The notes below the pieces were generated by a model. The model saw only the letters and a list, made by a program, of their open reading frames with translations, was not told where the DNA came from and ran no database searches. Of a stretch of DNA of 64,000 nt, positions 56,903 to 64,000 are shown piece after piece. Positions within the stretch are counted from its first letter, which is position 1. The number at the start of each line of letters is the position of its first letter. Origin of the DNA: the human T2T-CHM13v2.0 reference genome, Homo sapiens; NCBI RefSeq assembly GCF_009914755.1, contig NC_060926.1, one strand, 5' to 3'. The position numbers and the translations under genes are program-made.

Positions 56903-57728
56903 TGTAGGGGAGGAAAAAGTTCCTGTGTACCCTCTTAAATTTGGAAGCTGGGGCTTGCAAACTGAACTGACAAAAGACAGATTAACAGGAGAAAAAAGAT
57001 TTATTTCACGAGCACACAGAGGCTTCACAGAAAAGAATTAAAAACCCAAAGAAGCAGTTCAGAGCTTGTATACCATTTTAACAAAGGGTGATAAATTGTA
57101 GAGAAGTGACTAGACAAAGGAAAGTGAGGTGGTTTGGGCTTCTAGGGGCAGTAAATTGTGGGAAGGTGACTAGGAAATGTATAGTAGACAAGGCTTGTTA
57201 AGTAAAGTTTGTTATGCAGGATGTGAGGGCGGTCTGGTTGTGACATCTCTCACCCCATTGATTGCCAGGGTTGATTCAGCTGATCTGGATGTCTAGGCGG
57301 GTGTCCCCTTCCTCCCTCACCACTCCATGTGCATCCCTCTCGAAGTGCACACTTGGTGGAAGAGGATGACCATCCCCAATAAAGAAGGACTGGTCTTGGT
57401 CAAGGGTATAAGAGTAGCTGTGCTCCCCTTTTAGAACCTCCAAATAAGCTCCCAAGTTTGTTATGCAGACTCAATTCAGTGTCATCTCCAGTGATAAGAT
57501 AGTCTGGTGGTTAAATTTGTTCTCCTCTCCTGGTACTAGAGAGAAACATATCTTTATAAATGGAAACCTGTGTTACCTGTACAAAGGGAAACTTATGCAC
57601 TGGTTTTAGGCAGAAAGGAAGACAGCAAAAGTTCTTCCTGTGTCCACTATTTCTTAATTGCCTTCAGCTCAAAATATTCCTTATACCAAAGTGGTATATT
57701 TGGGGGTGGCATATTCTGATCCCCTTCA
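56903..57728 (-). mobile_element. MER34-like solo LTR, interrupted by a 7SK retrocopy
   Basis: Minus strand begins TGAAGGGGATCAGAATATGCCACCCCCAAATATACCACTTTGG..TTTTGAGCTGAAGGCAATT and ends ...tttttcctcccctaCA. Confidence 0.7.
57219..57456 (+). pseudogene. 7SK snRNA retropseudogene, 3'-truncated
   Basis: Begins GGATGTGAGGGCG like 7SK, with caccccattgat..gccagggttgatt..gctgatctgg and ctaggcgggtgtccccttcctccctcacc. Ends gaacctccaaa.aagctc.caag. TSD AAGTTTGTTATGCAG at 57205-57219 and 57454-57468. Confidence 0.92.
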
Positions 57729-57867
57729 CAAACTTATCAATGTATGTCCCGGTTCATTGGGTTTCTTCTGTTCTGTTGGAGCCTCTGTACTGAATTTTTA
57801 GAAACTTTTCTTTCTAAAAAAAAACTGTGGTAAAAAACACATAAATCTTACTGTCTTAACCATTTTT

Positions 57868-58030
57868 TAAAAGAGAGGAGGTCTTGCTATTTTGCCTAGA
57901 CTGAAGTGCAGTGGTTATTCACAGGTGCTATCATAGTACATTATAGTCTCAAACTTCTGGGCTTATGTGATCCTCTTGCCTTAGCCTTCTGGGTAACTGG
58001 GAATACAGATACACACCACTGTGCCTGACT
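57868..58030 (-). mobile_element. FAM / 7SL-derived fossil Alu monomer
   Basis: gtgcagtggttattcacaggtgctatcatag is the FAM-type variant rather than dimeric Alu. Confidence 0.6.
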
Positions 58031-58227
58031 TATCTTGACCACTTTTATTTTTATTTACTTCTTATTATTATTATTTTAGACAGGATCTCAGCCTGTCACC
58101 CAGGCTGGAGTGCAGTGGCATGATCATGGCTCACTGCAGCCTTGACCTCCTGGGCTTAAGTGATCCTGTCACATCAGACTCCCAAAGTGCTGGGGTTACA
58201 GTTGTAAGGCATGTGTCTGGACCTTAA

Positions 58228-58353
<126 letters not shown>

Positions 58354-58968
58354 TGAGTAGCTAGGACTACAGGCGCGCGCGACCTCACCCAGCTAATTTT
58401 TGTATTTTTAGTAGAGACGGGGTTTCACCATGTTGGCCAGGATGGTCTCGATCTCTTGACCTCGTGATCTGCCCACCTTGGCCTCCCGAAGTGCTGGGAT
58501 TACAGGCGAGAGCCACCAAGCCTGGCCTGGACCTTAACCATTTTTAAGTGTACAGTTCAGTAATTCACTTTTATATTGTCATGAAACAGACCCCTAGAAT
58601 GTTTTTACCTTGAAAATCTAAAACTTTATACCTATTAAACAACTACTTCCTTGATATTTTTTTCTTTTCTTTTTTTTTTTTAGAGATAGGGTCTCACTCT
58701 GTTGCCCAGGCTGGAATACAGTGGTGTGATTATAGCTCCTGGACTCAAGTGATCCTCCCATCTCGGCCTCCTGAGCAGCTAGGACTACAGGCTTGTCACA
58801 CCACACCTCACTAATTTTTAAATTTTTTGTAGAAGCAGGGTCTTGCTATGTTGCTCTGGCTGGTCTCAAATTCTTGGCCTCAAGTGATCCTCCTGCCTCG
58901 GCCTCCCAAAGTGCTGGGATTACAGACATGAGCCACTGTGCCTGGACTACCTCCCTTTTTTTTTTTGA

Positions 58969-59269
<301 letters not shown>

Positions 59270-59713
59270 TGATCTTTTCAGCCATCCTGAAGAAGGGAAT
59301 CAACCTCACAGTGGCAATGTAAATAGAAAGAACAGTCCAAGCAGGTCCTGACAGGACAGACTAATTTGCCTGGAGTGGCAGAGGTACAGGTGGAGTTCCT
59401 GGAAGAAGAAGGATAGAAAAGAGCCCAGACCATTGTCTTTACCATAGGCTTTGGAGATGCTTGGTATCTTTGGCATGAAACCATCCATAGAATAAGATGC
59501 TAGCAGCTTGTTTAGGCTTTACTGCATTACAGTCAGGGTCACACTGTAGCACCTGCCACTCACTCATTCAAAGGAACTTTTAAAATAGTAACTTTGGTTG
59601 AGTGCAGTGGCTCATGCCTGTAATCTTAGCACTTTGGGAGGCTGAGGCTAGCAAATTACTTGAGTCCAGGAGTTAAAGACCAGCCTGGGCAACATGGCGA
59701 AACTCCATCTCTA

Positions 59714-60198
<485 letters not shown>

Positions 60199-62099
60199 TG
60201 ATCTGCCCACCTCGGCCTCCCAAAGTGCTAGGATTACAGGCATGAGCCACTGTGCCCATCCAAAACCTTTTTTTTTCAATTAAAACAGTTGCAGCGAGGC
60301 ATGGTGGCTCACGCCTATAATCCCAGCACTTTGGGAGGCCGAGGTGGGAGAATCACTTGAGTCCAGGAGTTCAAGACCAGCCTGGGCAACACAAGGAGAC
60401 CTCATTTTGAAACTGACAAAAATCATTCTCAACCCTCCCCCCGCCATTTAGAGAAACCAGTCTTGACATTTTGGCATATTTTTAATATTTAAAAAATATC
60501 TATGTGAGATTAGGTCATACATGGAGTTTTATAGCCTACCCATTTTACTTACATCATGAGCATTTTTTCGTGTCATTACATATTATTCACAAACATGCTT
60601 TTAATAGCTGCATAATATCATACTCTACAGAGTTCTTTAAGGCATTTTAAAAAGTGACAACTAAATTTATTGCCACACACAAAAGTTTCAGTGCTGTCAA
60701 ACCTGTCTTCCAAGCAATTACTGGTTTATCTTATGCTGAAATAAAGTATTATCAAGTTGTATCCTAAAGGATAAGTACATTTTAAGAAATATTAAAGTAA
60801 AAGACAAAACCTTAGCACAGGCTGCAATTTAGGCAAAATAAAAAGAGAATCTGGTGTTATCTGTCAACAATTTAGAAAGCTTTTTCCATAAAATTAAATA
60901 ATGACGTGATATGTCATTCACTGTACTTGTAGCAGCATAATTACAATAATGAGACTTATTTAATATAATGAGACTATATTTTAAAAATGTTATTCCAAGC
61001 ATGCTACTTCGTGGTGCTTTGCTATTAAGCTACTTAATATTTTCCATTTAAGTTTTTATGAAATCCAGGAAGCAACGTGAGGAGAAATTTTTGTTGAATT
61101 ATAAAGCATATTGAAATGGAAAAACAAAAGCCTCTCTTGCATCCTCTAGAGTCAGATAGCAACAGAGTTGGAAGCTTATAGCTTTAGCTACAGCCCACAA
61201 GCCCTCTGCAATGAATACAAATTTATAGTGCTTTAAAGCATAATAAAAAGAGCATACTTGATATTTTATTTCCTCTCCTGTCATTGTGGCTATCAAAAAG
61301 TTGCAGTTAATGTCACCTTTGGAAATTTGTCTGGAAACAAAACCAAAATTATTATGGCACCAATGCACATAAGGGTGATAAATACAAAGAGCAGGACACT
61401 CTTGGCCAGAACAGAAAATGGAAATGGCACTGAAATTACTTGCTGGTAGAAAAAGCAGAGTCAAACTGATTAAGTGCTGTTGCACTTGGAGATAAAGGGC
61501 CCAGCCCTGAGAAAGGCACTGACCACGCATTTTCGAGGAGAGGTCTTTCCTCTCTAGAATGAGACTCTTCAACTTTCAGTTTTGTGATTAGTCACTTGTT
61601 TCAGAGGGAGAGGAGAGCTCATCAAATACTGATGGCAAGATGGTGCGATGAAGGTCTAGAACTGTATTATAGTATGCTAATGTTTGATTAAGACAAAGTG
61701 TGTGCATATGTGTCTATATGTGAATATGTGTGTGTATACACATGCGCTCACACACACATCTGTATATACTTATATTAAAATGGTTATCTATAAATAGGGT
61801 AGAATAAAAGGTGAAAAAGATAAGGATGAAAGCTGTCCCTATCTGCAATCCATTCCCTTTGCAACAAAAGGTATCTAAAAAGTAACTTGAGCTGGGCATC
61901 GTGGCTCATGCCTGTAATCCCAGCTACTTGGGAAGCTGAGGTGGGAGGATCACTTGAGCCCAGGAGTTTGAGCCTGTAATAAGCTATGACTTTGCCACTG
62001 TGCTCCAGCCTGAGTGACAGAGCAAGACCTTGTCCCTACAAAAACCAAAAAACATGTATCTCAATATATAATTCTGTTTTTGTAATCATATTTTTTATT

Positions 62100-64000
62100 T
62101 AATTAAATGAATAAAACAGAATCAAATGAAGACAGCAGTCTTTAAAAATGAAAAACAACCTGAAACTAATGAACCTAACTGTATGTCAAGTTGGTAGCAT
62201 ATTCATACAGAGAAAAAAATCATTTCAAGTGACTTTAAAATACAGTATTTTTCCTGTACATCCTTATGAGATATAATTTAAGAACAAAAGAATGGCAAAG
62301 AAACTCAAAACTGCAATCAGTATTTATTGATAGTAGAAATATTGGCATTATCTGAAAATATTCTAGATATATTGAAAAGTAAAGTGAAATTAAAACTTAC
62401 ATAAATATAATTTAGAATGAAGATATTCAGTAATCAGTACAAGAGCAGAGAAATAATGTACAAAAATCAAGGAAGTTTATATTCATGGGTAACAAAACCC
62501 AAAAGAAATGTATAAATAAATATGAATAAAATAATTTAAAACAATTTAAAAAAAGAAAGAAAAAATATAAAAAAAGATTTAAAGAATCAAGGAGGTTAAG
62601 TTAAAACATTGTAATTTTAAATTTGAATTGGAAGTATAAGAATGAACTCAAAATTATATTTTTCTCTTAAAAATGTAATTTTAGCTCTGTTCTCCAAAAC
62701 ACCTAGAAGTAATAAAAAGCAAGTGACGAGCTCCAGTTGTGCCTAGATTACAGTCTCTAAATATCCATTTTCTTTACAAAGCTGCCAGAAGTCTTTGGAA
62801 AAATGATAGGAAATGTACACTACCTATATGAGGTTAGTACCTATATGAGCTGGAAAACAAAGAAGTTATAAATTAAGTCAAAATGATAAAACAGCCATCT
62901 ATTTTTTTGAGATGGAGTCTCACTCTGTCACCCAGGCTGGAGTGTGGTGGCGTGATCTCGGCTCACTGCAACTTCCGCCTCCCGCGTCCAAGTGATTCTC
63001 CTGCTTCAGCCTCCTGAGAAGCTGGGACTACAGGCATGCACCACCACGCCTGGCTAATTTTTGTATTTTTGGTAGAGACAGGGTTTCACCATGTTGGCCA
63101 GGCTGGTCTTGAACTCCTGACCTCAGGTGATCCTCCTGCCTCGGCCTCTCAAAGTGCTGGGATTGCAGGTGTGAGCGACTGCACCTGGCCATAAAAGAGC
63201 CATCTTGAAGGGCCATTCTCTGGTCTCAGAATAGACATTTTGGGCAGAAATCAAGATAAATAATGACTACAGCTCATCAAATATATTAAAAATCTATGAG
63301 TTCATAATGACACTGAAGGAAAAACTAATTGGTCACCATTTGGAGGTCATTAGGACATTATAACTCATTTACTGTCATTACCCTGAAAATAAGGAAAGAA
63401 TTAAGCATTTTCCTGTGTTTCCTGTATATACTATGCCCAGGATAGCCAAACTATTAATAAAGGAAAGTTTTCCTTTACATAAAAAATCCAGCTTATAACT
63501 GTAGGTGGAAAAAAAAATGAAAGGATTAGAAAATCACCATTTTGCAACTCCTAAAAATATAATGGATCTAGGCAATCATCTTCAGTGGATGCTAAAATAA
63601 GTAGATTAAAAGTTGATGGAGGAACTTTACAAATGAAGAATTAGGCTACTACCTGAACCCAACTGATTGATCTTAACATCACTAAATGTGGGCCAGCCAG
63701 ACATTCCGTGCGTCTTGATGTGATACAATAGAAAGTGCACAGCATCACCTATGAAGTATTCTTGCCTAAAGTAAATTGAACCAAATAGAATCAAATCTCT
63801 AAATCTAACTACCATTTTGCCAGAAATGCCGGGAATGGAGGAAGAGTTAAATGACATTATGAGAAAGCAACCAGCCACATCTAAAATTTGTAACATTCTA
63901 AAGGATAAATGATTCTCCAACAAATTTATTGTACGAGAATGAAAGGAGAGATGAGGGACTAATAAAATAAAAGAGATTTAAGGGACTTTATAACCAGATA
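62100..64000 (+). mobile_element. Ancient L1M (L1MC/L1MD-type) 3' region
   Basis: A-rich strand. aatgaacctaactgtatgtcaa and acctgaacccaa..cttaacatcact..ccagacatt..gatgtgatacaatag..cacagcatcacctatgaagtattcttgcc. Confidence 0.6.

Overview
Primate (almost certainly human, chr2q33) genomic DNA, extremely Alu-rich. It holds one convincing protein-coding gene, CMKLR2/GPR1 (chemerin receptor 2), on the minus strand. The 355-aa CDS is intronless (12075-13142), with a splice acceptor at 13170 and candidate non-coding 5' exons at 49213-49426 and ending at 53712. Inside its large intron is a CpG-rich region plus a plus-strand MER21C-like LTR (about 39290-39660), which fits the promoter/first exon of the imprinted antisense lncRNA GPR1-AS (CMKLR2-AS) as I recall it from the literature. 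Other elements: a full-length SVA with a very long compound hexamer head and a 14-bp TSD, a THE1 element nested in an oppositely oriented THE1 that creates a roughly 500-bp inverted repeat, a tailless 7SK retropseudogene inside a MER34-like LTR, Tigger2a and MER2 DNA transposons, and MLT1/L1/L2/MIR/CR1 fragments. Nearly all other ORFs in the track come from repeats. I see no wholly new biological system. The best possibly undescribed observations are a 15-bp direct repeat flanking an AATAAA-bearing micro-insert in the GPR1 3'UTR, the mirror-point THE1 inverted repeat, and a uORF/G4-dense 5'UTR exon. Repeat subfamily names come from recalled consensus sequences, and repeat boundaries are approximate.
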